Positions 20,416 through 31,057 of a stretch of DNA of 64,000 nt are shown piece by piece. The position numbers were made by a program, and so were the translations under genes. Source of the stretch: Gemmatimonadales bacterium (GTDB taxonomy: Bacteria > Gemmatimonadota > Gemmatimonadetes > Gemmatimonadales > GWC2-71-9); assembly GCA_041615815.1 (NCBI GenBank), contig JBFJCP010000001.1, positions 32,001 through 96,000 on the forward strand. Direction: 5' to 3'. The notes below the pieces were generated by a model. That model was not told the DNA's origin. It worked only from the letters and a program-made list of their open reading frames with translations, and did not search any database. How positions within the stretch are numbered: position 1 is the first letter of the stretch; every line of letters begins with the position of its first letter.

Positions 20416-23067
20416 TTAGCCGTGGTCGTCCTCGCCTCTCGATTCCTCCTCGAGCGCCACATGGGCGGCGGCTAAGCGGGCGATGGGCACCCGAAAGGGC
20501 GAGCTCGATACGTAGTTGAGGTCCGCGTGGTGGCAGAACGCAACGGACCTGGGATCACCGCCGTGCTCCCCACAGATCCCGATTTTGAGATTTGGGCGTC
20601 GCTCCCGTCCCAGCCTGACCGCCATTTGGACCAGTTTCCCGACGCCGGCGTCCAGCGTCTGGAATGGGTCGTCGGTCAGGATCCCCGATTCGATATAGAA
20701 ATGCAGAAACCGCCCGGCATCGTCCCGGGACAGGCCGAACGTGGTCTGGGTGAGGTCATTGGTCCCAAAGGAGAAGAACTCGGCGACCTCTGCGATCTCG
20801 TCCGCCGTCACGGCTGCCCGTGGGAGTTCGATCATCGTCCCGACGAGGTAGGTCACTTCCTGCCCGGTCTGCTCGAACACGCGCGCCGCGGTCTGCCTAA
20901 CCAATTGCTCCTGACGGCGTAACTCCTCCACGTGGGCCACGAGGGGCACCATGATCTCCGGATAGACCTCCACACCATCGCTCATCACGCGACATGCAGC
21001 CTCAAAAATGGCCTGCGCCTGCATCTCGGTGATCTCGGGGTACGTGATTCCCAGGCGACAGCCTCGGTGCCCCAGCATGGGATTGGCTTCCGTGAGCGTC
21101 TCGATCGTTCGGCGCACGCGCTGGGGATCGACGCCCAGATCGTCGGCGACGCTGGCAATCTCGTCGGCCTCCTTGGGGAGAAACTCGTGCAGCGGAGGAT
21201 CGAGGAGCCGTATAGTCACCGGAAACCCCGCCATTGCCCGGAAGATGCCGATGAAGTCCTCTCGCTGCATCGGCAGCAGGGCATCGAGGGCGCGGCGACG
21301 GCCCGCCACATCGGTCGCGAGGATCATCTCGCGCATCTTGGTGATGCGATCGCCCTCGAAGAACATGTGCTCGGTCCGACAGAGCCCGATTCCCTCCGCC
21401 CCCAGCTCGCGGGCGCGCATCGCGTCCGCCGGCGTATCCGCGTTCGCTCGGACCCGGAGCCGCCGATTCTCATCCGCCCACTCCATGAGGCGCGTCAGGT
21501 GTTCGGTGGGACGGGGTTCGACGAGGTCCGCTGTTCCGACGAAGACGGAGCCCGAGGATCCGTCTACGGTGATCCAGTCGCCCTCCCGGACCACGCGGCT
21601 GTCGACGTGGAACTCGCCACTTCCTTCGTCTACCACGATATCCTTGGCACCCACCACGCAGCACTTTCCCATCCCCCGCGCCACCACCGCCGCATGGCTC
21701 GTCATCCCACCGCGGGCTGTGAGGATGGCCTGGGAGGCCACCATGCCGTGGAAATCGTCCGGACTGGTCTCTCGGCGCACGAGAATCACATCCTGCCCAC
21801 CGCTGCCGAGTTCCGCCGCCCGATCTGCGTCGAACACGACCTGACCGACGGCCGCGCCCGGGGACGCCGGAAGACCTCGCGTCAACTCTGCTAGGTCGGC
21901 CTTGGGATCGACCCTGGGATGTAGGAGTTGGTCCAACTGCTCCGGGTCGACGCGCCGCACGGCGACGCGCTGATCGATCAGACCTTCGTCGACCATCTCT
22001 ACCGCGATCCGCACCGCGGCCTGCGCCGTCCGTTTCCCCGTGCGCGTCTGCAGGATGTAGAGTTTGCCACGCTCCACGGTGAATTCGACGTCCTGCATGT
22101 CGCGATAGTGTTGCTCGAGAGTCCGGCAAATCTTCGCGAAGTCCCGGAATGCCGCCGGCAAGCGATCTGCCATTTCCGCAATGGGGAGGGGATCCCGAAT
22201 CCCGGCGACGACGTCTTCGCCCTGGGCATTCACGAGAAACTCGCCGAAGAGGATCGGTTCACCCGTCGCCGGATCTCTGGTGAACGCCACGCCCGTTCCC
22301 GAGTCATCTCCCTGGTTTCCGTAGACCATGGCCACCACGTTCACCGCGGTTCCCAGTGTGTCAGGAATGCGATGGACGCGGCGATAGTCGACAGCGCGTT
22401 TGGCGTACCAGCTCTGGAAGACGGCTTCGATGGCGCCCCACAATTGGTCCCACGGGCTCTCCGGGAATGCGGCTCCCACATGGCGTTGGAAGATCTCCTG
22501 ATACGTCGCCACCAGAGATCTGAGATCTTCGGCGTCGAGCTCGATATCTCCAGCCCGCCCCTGCGCGCGCTTCAGTTCGTCCAGCGCATCCTCAAACGGG
22601 CTGTGCCCATTCTGGTTCTTGATGCCGTGAACGACCTCACCGTACATCTGCACGAGCCGGCGATAGGAATCGAACGCGAACCGCTGGTTGTGCGCTTGTG
22701 TGGCCAATCCGACGGCCGTGCGCTCATTGAGGCCCAGATTCAGGATCGTGTCCATCATTCCCGGCATGGAGAACTTGCTACCGGAGCGCACCGAGACGAG
22801 GAGCGGATTCTCGGGATCCCCAAACCCTCGTCCGGTGGTTTGCTCGAGACGCCGCACGGCAGTTTGCACTTCTTCCCGGAGCGTATCGGGAATCGCGCGC
22901 TGCGCGAGGTACGTGATGCATTGATGGGTCGAGATGGTGAAGCCGGGAGGGACCGGAATCCCAATGTTCGTCATTTCGGCCAGGTTGGCACCCTTGCCAC
23001 CGAGAATGTCCCGCATGCCCGCGTTGCCGTCCGCCTCTCCGTCCCCGAACCAATACACGTCAGGCAT
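20416..23067 (-). CDS. ppdK: Pyruvate, phosphate dikinase
   Basis: LGGKGANLAEM, PGMMDT, GGMTSHAAVVARG, GLCRTEHMF, SFGTNDLTQ, CGEHGGDP. Confidence 0.98.
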   Translation of the reverse strand: MPDVYWFGDGEADGNAGMRDILGGKGANLAEMTNIGIPVPPGFTISTHQCITYLAQRAIPDTLREEVQTAVRRLEQTTGRGFGDPENPLLVSVRSGSKFSMPGMMDTILNLGLNERTAVGLATQAHNQRFAFDSYRRLVQMYGEVVHGIKNQNGHSPFEDALDELKRAQGRAGDIELDAEDLRSLVATYQEIFQRHVGAAFPESPWDQLWGAIEAVFQSWYAKRAVDYRRVHRIPDTLGTAVNVVAMVYGNQGDDSGTGVAFTRDPATGEPILFGEFLVNAQGEDVVAGIRDPLPIAEMADRLPAAFRDFAKICRTLEQHYRDMQDVEFTVERGKLYILQTRTGKRTAQAAVRIAVEMVDEGLIDQRVAVRRVDPEQLDQLLHPRVDPKADLAELTRGLPASPGAAVGQVVFDADRAAELGSGGQDVILVRRETSPDDFHGMVASQAILTARGGMTSHAAVVARGMGKCCVVGAKDIVVDEGSGEFHVDSRVVREGDWITVDGSSGSVFVGTADLVEPRPTEHLTRLMEWADENRRLRVRANADTPADAMRARELGAEGIGLCRTEHMFFEGDRITKMREMILATDVAGRRRALDALLPMQREDFIGIFRAMAGFPVTIRLLDPPLHEFLPKEADEIASVADDLGVDPQRVRRTIETLTEANPMLGHRGCRLGITYPEITEMQAQAIFEAACRVMSDGVEVYPEIMVPLVAHVEELRRQEQLVRQTAARVFEQTGQEVTYLVGTMIELPRAAVTADEIAEVAEFFSFGTNDLTQTTFGLSRDDAGRFLHFYIESGILTDDPFQTLDAGVGKLVQMAVRLGRERRPNLKIGICGEHGGDPRSVAFCHHADLNYVSSSPFRVPIARLAAAHVALEEESRGEDDHG

Positions 23068-23073
23068 GATCCC

Positions 23074-24474
23074 TCACTCCGCGATTACCGGAAGCACCGG
23101 CACGCCGGCGACGGCGTCGTCGGCGAAATCGTCCACCGTGGTCGGATAGGCCCCGGAGAAGCATGCGTGGCAAAAACGGTCTGGCTCGCCGCCGACCGCA
23201 TCCAGCGTCCCTTCAAGAGATAGATATCCCAAGGAGTCGACCGCGAGGTGCTGGCGAATCTCTTCGACCGAATGGGTAGCGGCGATCAGTTCGTTGCGCG
23301 TCGGCGTATCGATGCCATAGTAGCATGGGCCGGTGATGGGGGGTGAGGCTACTCGGAGATGCACCTCTCGGGCTCCCGCGTGGCGAATCAGTTGAATGAG
23401 TCCACGCGACGTGGTTCCGCGCACCAGGGAATCGTCCACGATCACGACTCGCTTCCCCTCGATGATGCCGCGGACTGGATTGAATTTGATCCGGACCTTC
23501 TCTGTTCGGTTGTGCTGCCCCGGATTGATGAATGTGCGACCCACGTAGTGGCTGCGGATCAGGCCGTGCTCCAACTTGATGCCGCCTTCCTCGGCATATC
23601 CCAGCGCCATCGCATTGGCGGAGTCGGGCACGGAGAACGCGCAGTCGGCACCCGGGGTGGGGTGTTCACGGGCGAGCTGCCGACCGAGAGCACGGCGCAC
23701 GCGGTCCACGGACCTGCCGAACACGATACTGTCGGGCCGTGAAAAGTAGATCAATTCGAAGACGCAGCGGCGATGCGGCTTGTGGGGCAGCGCAGGGAGA
23801 TCCACGACCTGACCATCCACGATCTTGAGCCACTCTCCTGGGCCAAGCTCGCGTACGGGGCGTGCCCGCAGGAGATCGAGCGCACAGGTCTCGGACGCGA
23901 GCATCCAGGCATCGTCGGTTCGTCCAAGGACCAGCGGGCGAAAGCCGCGGGGATCGACGATGGCGTACAGCGTGCGGCCCACGGTCATGAGCAACGAGTA
24001 CGCTCCCTCCACCCGCTCGAGCGCATCGAGAATCTGGTCTTCCGGCTCGCGCGCCTCCGAGCGCGCGATCAAGTGTATCAATACCTCCGAATCGGACGAC
24101 GACTGGAAGATCGATCCCTTGCGAACTAGGTCTTCCCGGAGTTGCCGGGCGTTCGTCAGGTTCCCATTGTGGGCCAGGCTGAGGGGGCCACCGTGATAGT
24201 TGACAACCACCGGCTGCACGTTGGCCGGTGAGGAGTCACCGGTCGTGGAATACCGAGTATGACCGATGGCCAGGCGGCCGGGCAGCGTGCGGAGACGAGC
24301 AGGAGGAAACACATCTTGGACGAGACCCATGCCGCGGACTGTGTGCGCCGTTCCGGCGTCGTCGACGCTGACGATGCCCGCCGACTCTTGTCCACGGTGC
24401 TGGAGCGCGTACAGCCCCTGGTAGGTGAGCTGGGCCGCCCCCGGCGCTCCCGTAATCCCAAAGATTCCGCACAT
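23074..24474 (-). CDS. purF: Amidophosphoribosyltransferase
   Basis: MCGIFG, LQHRGQESAG, GHTRYST, VDDSLVRGTT, PCYYGID, FCHACF. Confidence 0.98.
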   Translation of the reverse strand: MCGIFGITGAPGAAQLTYQGLYALQHRGQESAGIVSVDDAGTAHTVRGMGLVQDVFPPARLRTLPGRLAIGHTRYSTTGDSSPANVQPVVVNYHGGPLSLAHNGNLTNARQLREDLVRKGSIFQSSSDSEVLIHLIARSEAREPEDQILDALERVEGAYSLLMTVGRTLYAIVDPRGFRPLVLGRTDDAWMLASETCALDLLRARPVRELGPGEWLKIVDGQVVDLPALPHKPHRRCVFELIYFSRPDSIVFGRSVDRVRRALGRQLAREHPTPGADCAFSVPDSANAMALGYAEEGGIKLEHGLIRSHYVGRTFINPGQHNRTEKVRIKFNPVRGIIEGKRVVIVDDSLVRGTTSRGLIQLIRHAGAREVHLRVASPPITGPCYYGIDTPTRNELIAATHSVEEIRQHLAVDSLGYLSLEGTLDAVGGEPDRFCHACFSGAYPTTVDDFADDAVAGVPVLPVIAE

Positions 24475-24475
24475 G

Positions 24476-26794
24476 TCAGTTGGTGGTCTGGTGCTGGCCG
24501 TGGACCGCCATCCGGCGGGGGATCGCGTTCAGATAGCAGTCCCGAAGCTCCGACGTTGCCCACCGCAATATCGTGCTGCGCGTGCGAATCTCCAAGCTGG
24601 TGCCGGACCTCGTGACGGACCCCAGCGTGAGGGCCGGCACCCCGTGCTCGTGCGCCGCGGCCAGCACGCGCTTGACTCGCTCCGGGTCGACACTCAGTAA
24701 CGCCCGACCGTGGTCCTCACCGAAGAGGAGCTGGGGATCCGACATGCCGGCGCCAACAGGTGCGAGATCCAATGACGCGCCAAACGCGTGCCCCTGATAG
24801 GGGGAACCGATGCATGCCTCGGCCAGCGCGAGCACGAGGCCGCCGTCGCTCAGGTCATGCGCACTTCGCGCAAGGTCGAGATCTGCCAGCCGCACGAGAA
24901 GGTCAACCAGGCGTTTCTCGGCCTCGAGGTTCACCGGTGGGGGAGAACCAGCCACGGTATCCAACAGGTATTCCCAGTAGGCAGATCCACCCAAATGGCC
25001 CCGCGTCTCGCCCAGCAGGACGACCACGTCGCCGGCCTGACTGAAGAAGGCGGGTCGCGCCGCCGCCACGTTCGCTAGGAGTCCAACCATGCCGATGACC
25101 GGCGTGGGGTCTACGGCGCCCGCAGGGCTTTCATTATAAAAGGAGACGTTGCCACCGGTGACCGGGGTGCCGAGCGCCCGACACGCATCCCCGATGCCGC
25201 GACAAGCCTGCTGGAACTGAAAGAAGACGCCGGGCTTCTCGGGATTGCCAAAGTTGAGGCAGTTAGTGATCCCCAGCGGCCGGGCCCCAGTCACGGCCAC
25301 GTTTCGTGCGCACTCAGCAACTGCGGCCTTCCCCCCTTCATAGGGATCGAGGAGGACGTAACGATTATTCCCGTCGGTTGCGACGGCGATGCCAAGTGAC
25401 GTCTCTGGGATGCCGATCACGGCAGCATCGCCCCCGGGCCCGAGGACGGTAGAAGCCTGGACGGTGGAATCGTACTGCTCGAACACCCAGCGCTTGCTAG
25501 CGAGGTTCGGCTCGTCGAGCAGCCGGAGAAGCGCCTCATGCGGTCCCGGCGCGGTGCCGGAGGGGCTGGCGGCGCGGCGCCGCCCCGCGTCGGGAGACTC
25601 GTGAGCGTCGGGGTCGTAGACCGGGCAGTCATCGGTGAGACGCGCGCCCGGGATCTCCGCAACGATGCGTTCGCCGTGCCGCACGCGGTACATCCCGTCG
25701 TCCGTCACCTCACCGATGGGGGTGGCCTCCAACTCCCAAATGGCAGCAATGGCCTGGATCTCCGGAATACGATCCCGACGGGCTACCACCAGCATGCGTT
25801 CCTGTGACTCCGACAACAACATTTCGTACGGTGTCATGTCCGGCTCGCGGGTGGGCAGAGGCGCGAGATCGATTTCCACGCCCACACCCCCTCGCGCGGC
25901 CATTTCTGCCGAAGACGACGTGAGTCCGGCCGCACCCATATCCTGGATGGCCACGATGTGTCCCGAGGCGATCAACTCGAGGCTCGCCTCCAAGAGCAGC
26001 TTCTCGGTGAACGGATCGCCGACCTGGACTTGCGGACGCCGGGCCTCGCTCTCGGCTGTCAGTTCGCCCGACGCGAAGGAGGCCCCGTGGATGCCGTCTC
26101 GCCCTGTCCGCGCACCCACGGCGATGAGCGCGTTGCCCACACCGCTCGCCACTGCGCGAATGAGATCCTCCGCCCGCAGCACGCCGACACACATGGCATT
26201 GACCAGAGGATTACCGGAATAGGACTGGGCGAAGGCGACTTCCCCACCCAGGGTAGGCACGCCGACGCAGTTACCGTAGTCGCCGATGCCGCGCACGACA
26301 CCGCTCAGGAGGTATCGGTTACGGGCATCCTCGAGCGGGCCGAAGCGGAGACTGTTGAGCAACGCCACCGGCCGAGCGCCCATGGTGAAGACGTCGCGGA
26401 GAATGCCCCCGACTCCCGTGGCTGCACCCTGGTAGGGCTCGACCGCCGACGGGTGATTATGTGATTCGATCTTGAACGCGACTGCCCAGCCATCGCCCAG
26501 TCGGAGCACGCCGGCGTTCTCTCCCGGACCCTGTAGGACCTGCGCTCCCGACGTTGGGAATTGACCGAGCACACGTTTGGAATGCTTGTAGGAGCAGTGC
26601 TCACTCCACAGCGCTGAAAAGATGCCGAGTTCGGTGAACGTTGGTGCGCGTCCCAGCATCTTCTGAATGCGAGCGTATTCCTCGTCGGTCAGACCGTGTT
26701 CGCGGACGAGCTGAGGCGTGACGGGTGGGTCGCCGGGAAACGACTCGGCCCGCGTGGGGAGCGTCGCGCGGGCCCCGGGGGCGGGTTCAGTCAA
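24476..26794 (-). CDS. purL: Phosphoribosylformylglycinamidine synthase subunit PurL
   Basis: [47 protein letters not shown]. Confidence 0.98.
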   Translation of the reverse strand: MTEPAPGARATLPTRAESFPGDPPVTPQLVREHGLTDEEYARIQKMLGRAPTFTELGIFSALWSEHCSYKHSKRVLGQFPTSGAQVLQGPGENAGVLRLGDGWAVAFKIESHNHPSAVEPYQGAATGVGGILRDVFTMGARPVALLNSLRFGPLEDARNRYLLSGVVRGIGDYGNCVGVPTLGGEVAFAQSYSGNPLVNAMCVGVLRAEDLIRAVASGVGNALIAVGARTGRDGIHGASFASGELTAESEARRPQVQVGDPFTEKLLLEASLELIASGHIVAIQDMGAAGLTSSSAEMAARGGVGVEIDLAPLPTREPDMTPYEMLLSESQERMLVVARRDRIPEIQAIAAIWELEATPIGEVTDDGMYRVRHGERIVAEIPGARLTDDCPVYDPDAHESPDAGRRRAASPSGTAPGPHEALLRLLDEPNLASKRWVFEQYDSTVQASTVLGPGGDAAVIGIPETSLGIAVATDGNNRYVLLDPYEGGKAAVAECARNVAVTGARPLGITNCLNFGNPEKPGVFFQFQQACRGIGDACRALGTPVTGGNVSFYNESPAGAVDPTPVIGMVGLLANVAAARPAFFSQAGDVVVLLGETRGHLGGSAYWEYLLDTVAGSPPPVNLEAEKRLVDLLVRLADLDLARSAHDLSDGGLVLALAEACIGSPYQGHAFGASLDLAPVGAGMSDPQLLFGEDHGRALLSVDPERVKRVLAAAHEHGVPALTLGSVTRSGTSLEIRTRSTILRWATSELRDCYLNAIPRRMAVHGQHQTTN

Positions 26795-27099
26795 GTGCTT
26801 CGCACACCTCGCATGATGGATCGGAAGAGACCAACGACTCCGGTGTCTTGCTTGATGACGCGCTCGGCCTCACCGGCGTCAAACCAGACGCCGTCGCATT
26901 CGGGACAGCGATCGACCTGTACGCCTTCGTAGTCTTGCGTCACGAGATCGGCCCCGCATTTGGGGCACTTCATGAAGTGCCTCTGGCGCTCCGCGTCGTT
27001 CTCCGCGCGAGCCAAGGCCTCGCGCCGCTTCTTGAGGAGCTCTGCTTCGCGCCTCGCAAAGTACTCTTCTTCGTTACGGCTCGGCTTGTCGGACATCAT
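26791..27099 (-). CDS. Small zf-TFIIB-type zinc ribbon protein
   Basis: [20 protein letters not shown]-terminal charged helix [19 protein letters not shown]-coupled. Confidence 0.85.
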   Translation of the reverse strand: MMSDKPSRNEEEYFARREAELLKKRREALARAENDAERQRHFMKCPKCGADLVTQDYEGVQVDRCPECDGVWFDAGEAERVIKQDTGVVGLFRSIMRGVRST

Positions 27100-27692
27100 G
27101 TGGCTCCATTGGGCTGCTCGAACATGCCGGGGGCGGTAAACTCGGCCGGACGACCCCGCGGCGATGAAGAAACCCCAGAGTAGATGTGTCCCGGCGCGCG
27201 TACGATCGCGTCCACTACCTGCCCGTCCTGGAGAAAGACCACATCGAACGTTCCGCAGGTCGCCTCGCACCCATTCCGGAAGTAGAGATACGTCCAGCCG
27301 CCGGTGCTGCGCTCGGCCACGGGCGGTCCCCATTGCGCGATGACTTCTTCCGCAGTCATGCCAGGATTCACGGTCCCCGTGAACCTCGGGGTCCACGGTT
27401 CATCGGTACGGACTGGCTGTGCGGCGGTTGTGCGCGCGGGCTGCGTGGGCGGCGTCGTCGCCTGCCGTCGCGTGGGCGGCGTGGTTCGGGGTTGCGCTGT
27501 GCGCTGCTGCGCAGGTTGGGTTTGTGCGGGGGTGGCCGCCGGTTGAGGGGCGGCTGGTTGCGCCTGAGCGGGTGCCGCGGCCGTATCCGCAGCCGTCGTA
27601 TCGCCCCCGCCCCCACCAAAGAACGGCAGGCGGTCACAGGCGGTGAGTCCGGGTGTGAGCGCGATCGTGAGCGCCAGCGCGGGCCATTTCAT
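27096..27692 (-). CDS. Lipoprotein with a P/A/T/Q-rich linker and a BamE/SmpA-like C-terminal domain
   Basis: Lipobox LTAC; GMTAEEVIAQWGPP...WTY...VFLQDGQV. Confidence 0.7.
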   Translation of the reverse strand: MKWPALALTIALTPGLTACDRLPFFGGGGGDTTAADTAAAPAQAQPAAPQPAATPAQTQPAQQRTAQPRTTPPTRRQATTPPTQPARTTAAQPVRTDEPWTPRFTGTVNPGMTAEEVIAQWGPPVAERSTGGWTYLYFRNGCEATCGTFDVVFLQDGQVVDAIVRAPGHIYSGVSSSPRGRPAEFTAPGMFEQPNGAT

Positions 27693-28375
27693 CGGGTCCC
27701 TCCCTGCAAGACTTGGTCGCGTTGCACCAATGATGCGAAGACTAGGGCGCCGGCCGTCTCCCCGAGAATCGTGGACGCCGCGCGTTCGGGGTGAGGCATC
27801 ATGCCGACCACGTTACGGCCATCATTCATCACCCCCGCAATGGCGTGCATCGATCCATTGGGGTTGTCATCCACATAGCGGAGCACCACCTGGCCCTCCG
27901 CCTCCAGCTGGTCCAACACCTCGGGCGGAGCCACATAGCGGCCCTGCCCATGGGCTATGGGCACCCGAAAGATAGCACCGGGCGCAAAGGCCGCGGTGAA
28001 GGGGGTCACCACGGACTCCACCCGCACGTCCACGGGCCGGGAAAGGAATGCGAGGTTGGCATTCGGAACCAGGGCTCCCGGCAAGAGGCCCGCCTCGCAC
28101 AGGACTTGAAACCCGTTGCAGATGCCGAGCACCGGCCCACCCTCGGCTGCGAACGCTTGCACGGCCGTGAGGACGGGACTGAACCGGGCAATGGCGCCAG
28201 CACGCAGGTAGTCGCCGTAGGCGAACCCACCGGGAATGATCACGGCGTCCGCTCCCGCAAGATCGCGGCTTCGGTGCCAGAGATAGAAGGCGTCGGCACC
28301 GGCGCCGCGTACGGCCCGCCACGTATCCGCATCACAGTTGGAGCCCGGGAAGCGGACGACGGCGACGCGCATCAT
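27689..28375 (-). CDS. purQ: FGAM synthase glutaminase subunit PurQ
   Basis: FPGSNCD, PGGFAYGDYLRAG, GICNGFQ, MMPHPER. Confidence 0.97.
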   Translation of the reverse strand: MMRVAVVRFPGSNCDADTWRAVRGAGADAFYLWHRSRDLAGADAVIIPGGFAYGDYLRAGAIARFSPVLTAVQAFAAEGGPVLGICNGFQVLCEAGLLPGALVPNANLAFLSRPVDVRVESVVTPFTAAFAPGAIFRVPIAHGQGRYVAPPEVLDQLEAEGQVVLRYVDDNPNGSMHAIAGVMNDGRNVVGMMPHPERAASTILGETAGALVFASLVQRDQVLQGGTR

Positions 28376-28629
28376 CCGGTCTCCTCGAGGGAGATGGTGA
28401 AGTCCTCCGTCACGGGATTCGCCAGCAACCGCTCACACATCTGTCGCACGCTTCGCTCCGCAGCCGTCCGATCGCCTGTGATATCGAGCTCGAACGTCAG
28501 AGCCCGGCCCACCCGCACCTTGGCGGTGCCGGCGAAACCGAGCGCATCCAGCGCATGCTCGACCGCTTGGCCCTGCGGATCGAGTAACGCAGGGCGGGGC
28601 ATCACCCTCACCTCGACGGTATAGCGCAC
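28372..28629 (-). CDS. purS: FGAM synthase subunit PurS
   Basis: LDPQG, VRVG, LLANPVTEDF; 85 aa. Confidence 0.96.
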   Translation of the reverse strand: MRYTVEVRVMPRPALLDPQGQAVEHALDALGFAGTAKVRVGRALTFELDITGDRTAAERSVRQMCERLLANPVTEDFTISLEETG

Positions 28630-28638
28630 GGCGCCGTC

Positions 28639-29490
28639 CTAGCCCCGCCGTCGCCGCCGCGATCGACGGGAGAGACGGCTCCCGTGAAGCGTGAACGGCG
28701 GGCCGTGAGCGCCCGATTCATCGACTGTTTCTGTTTCCTCGTCACCGCGTTCCAGAAAGCCCAACACCGCCGCCCGGACGACACCGTACGACACGTATGT
28801 GATGCCCAACGGGAAGAAGAAGATATCTCGAGACCAAATCGCGAAGCTGACGATGGTGAGATGAAAGACGAGGCCGAGAACGCCCCGCATAGTGCGGAAC
28901 CCGATACGCGGAACGCGAGCGTACTCCACTCCGCTCACCATCACCAGGGAGAGGATGATCGTCAAGAAGACAACGATCTGGTTCCAGGGTAGTTCGGCGA
29001 GTTGGGACTGGAAGAAGACCGTTTGGGTGAAGGGGTAATAGGTGGCGAGTGTCATCCCTGCTGCCGGCGATGGCAGACCCGAGAACGTGCCCCCTTTGCT
29101 CTCGACGCCCGAGCGGATGTTGTATCGAGCCAGGCGGAGCGCCACGCACACGGCAAACGCGTAGGAGAAGACCCAGGCAAACGGGCCCTGAGCGGAAAAC
29201 TGAATATGATAAATCAGGACGCCGGGGGCGATCCCGAAGCTCACCATGTCCACCAGGGAATCCAACTCGGCGCCAAACTGACTGCCCGTGCGACTGACGC
29301 GGGCAAACAGTCCGTCCAGCATGTCGAGGACACCGGCGATCACGATCCACCAACTCGCTCGGTAATAGTCTCCCTGGCTCGCCAGCACGATGGCCCAGAT
29401 ACCAAAGAACAGATTGGTCAGTGTGAACAGACTGGGCACCACGACGATGGCCCGGCGAACGCGTCGGCGTCTCTGACCTTGTCGACTCAT
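28639..29490 (-). CDS. pssA: CDP-diacylglycerol--serine O-phosphatidyltransferase
   Basis: DMLDGLFAR..FGAELDSLVDMVSFGIAP, LRLARYN, FSGLPSPAA; next to psd. Confidence 0.92.
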   Translation of the reverse strand: MSRQGQRRRRVRRAIVVVPSLFTLTNLFFGIWAIVLASQGDYYRASWWIVIAGVLDMLDGLFARVSRTGSQFGAELDSLVDMVSFGIAPGVLIYHIQFSAQGPFAWVFSYAFAVCVALRLARYNIRSGVESKGGTFSGLPSPAAGMTLATYYPFTQTVFFQSQLAELPWNQIVVFLTIILSLVMVSGVEYARVPRIGFRTMRGVLGLVFHLTIVSFAIWSRDIFFFPLGITYVSYGVVRAAVLGFLERGDEETETVDESGAHGPPFTLHGSRLSRRSRRRRRG

Positions 29491-30134
29491 GAGGGCCACA
29501 CTCCCAAAACAGTGATCCCGGCGGTGGTCCGATCACCGGGACGCACCTGAACGGTCACCTCGACCGGGACGAACGTATCGACTCGTGAGCCGAATCGGAT
29601 GAGACCGAGCCGCTCACCCTGTTGCACCGAGTCTCCCACGTCCGGGTCCGTGACAATGCGCCGCGCGATCAGGCCCGCGATTTGCCGTACCAGGATGGGG
29701 CCACGTGGGCCCACGATTCCGAGCGTCATCCGCTCGTTCTCTTCGCTGGCCTTGTCCAGCGTCGCGTTCACGAAGCTTCCAGGACGATAAACCCGGTAAT
29801 CTACTCGACCGGTGACCGGGTGCCGGTTGACGTGTACGTCGAAGACGTTCATGAAGATCGAGACCCGAACCGCAGGCCCGTCCATGAACTCGCGCTCGGT
29901 GATTTGCACGACCTCGGTCACCCTCCCGTCCGCCGGAGCCAAGATGAGTTCCTCACCCCGCGGTCCCAGACGCGGCGGGTCGCGAAAAAATGCGGGGACC
30001 CAGGCCGCGACCGGAATCCACACGGCGACCATGCCCCACCACCACCCACCGCGCCACCACGCCACGAGTCCGAGGGCGAGCAGCCCGAGTAACGCCAAAG
30101 CGATGAAGGGACGCCCTTCGGGTGCGAAACTCAA
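29487..30134 (-). CDS. psd: Phosphatidylserine decarboxylase proenzyme (short type)
   Basis: FFRDP, APADG, IFMNVFDVHVNR, QIAGLIARRI, IRFGSRVD. Confidence 0.94.
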   Translation of the reverse strand: MSFAPEGRPFIALALLGLLALGLVAWWRGGWWWGMVAVWIPVAAWVPAFFRDPPRLGPRGEELILAPADGRVTEVVQITEREFMDGPAVRVSIFMNVFDVHVNRHPVTGRVDYRVYRPGSFVNATLDKASEENERMTLGIVGPRGPILVRQIAGLIARRIVTDPDVGDSVQQGERLGLIRFGSRVDTFVPVEVTVQVRPGDRTTAGITVLGVWPS

Positions 30135-31057
30135 GATTCGGCGGTCAGGGGAGCGCCGGTGATGCGGAGATAGGCGTCACGGTACCGTACGCTGGTGGCC
30201 TGCACGATCTCGTGCGGGAGCGGCGGGGGTGGGGCGTTGCCGTCCCAGCCGCCCCGTTCACGTTGGCCAGCTAAATAATCGCGCAGCGGCTGCTTATCAA
30301 AGCTCGGCTGTGACCGTCCCGCGCGGTAGCGGTCCGCCGGCCAGAAGCGCGACGAATCGGGTGTGAGGAGTTCGTCGATGAGGAGCAGCTTCCCGTCGGT
30401 AGTGTGGCCGAACTCGAATTTCGTGTCCGCGACGATAATCCCACGCGTGCGCGCGCGAGCGGCGCCGGCGGCATAGAGCGCAAGGCTCCGCGCGCGCAGG
30501 TCCTCCGCGAGGTCCGTCCCGAGCGCCTCTTTCATGTGTGCGAAGGTGATGTTCTCGTCGTGACCAGCTTCGGCTTTGGTGGCCGGGGAGAAAATAGGAC
30601 CCGCCAACTGCTCACTCTCGACGAGGCCTGAAGGGAGCGGCTCGCCAGCTAGGGTGCCGGCACCTGCGTACTCGCGCCAGGCGGAACCCGAGAGGTACCC
30701 CCGCACCACGCACTCGAATGGGATCGGTTGGGTGCGACGCACGAGCATCGCTCGACCGGCCAACACCTCGGCGTGCGTTTCGAGGCCCGGTGCCCGCTCG
30801 AGAATCTCGCTGATGTCGGTGGTGAGAAAATGGCTGGGGGTGATGGAAGCGAGTTCGTGAAACCAGAACGCGCTCATCTGCGTCAATACGGCACCCTTGA
30901 AAGGAATCGGCTCGGCAAGGACGAAATCAAAGGCGCTCACGCGGTCGCTGGCGACGATCAGCAGCGCAGTCGGGTCCACTTCGTAGACCTCCCGGACCTT
31001 GCCTTTGCGCAGGAGCGGGAGGGGGAGCGCGGTTTCGGTAACTGTGGCGGCGTTCAT
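30131..31057 (-). CDS. purC: SAICAR synthase
   Basis: GKVREVY, SDRVSAFD, ECVVRGY, ADTKFEFG, DELLTPDSSRFW. Confidence 0.98.
   Translation of the reverse strand: MNAATVTETALPLPLLRKGKVREVYEVDPTALLIVASDRVSAFDFVLAEPIPFKGAVLTQMSAFWFHELASITPSHFLTTDISEILERAPGLETHAEVLAGRAMLVRRTQPIPFECVVRGYLSGSAWREYAGAGTLAGEPLPSGLVESEQLAGPIFSPATKAEAGHDENITFAHMKEALGTDLAEDLRARSLALYAAGAARARTRGIIVADTKFEFGHTTDGKLLLIDELLTPDSSRFWPADRYRAGRSQPSFDKQPLRDYLAGQRERGGWDGNAPPPPLPHEIVQATSVRYRDAYLRITGAPLTAES

Noticed and set aside
20105..20519. Small ORFs in the gap between the plug gene and ppdK
   Set aside because: No RBS, no recognisable motifs and atypical composition
27400..27620. Repetitive GC-rich tract as a DNA repeat or CRISPR array
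   Set aside because: It encodes the P/A/T/Q linker of the lipoprotein; there is no repeat-spacer periodicity and no cas genes
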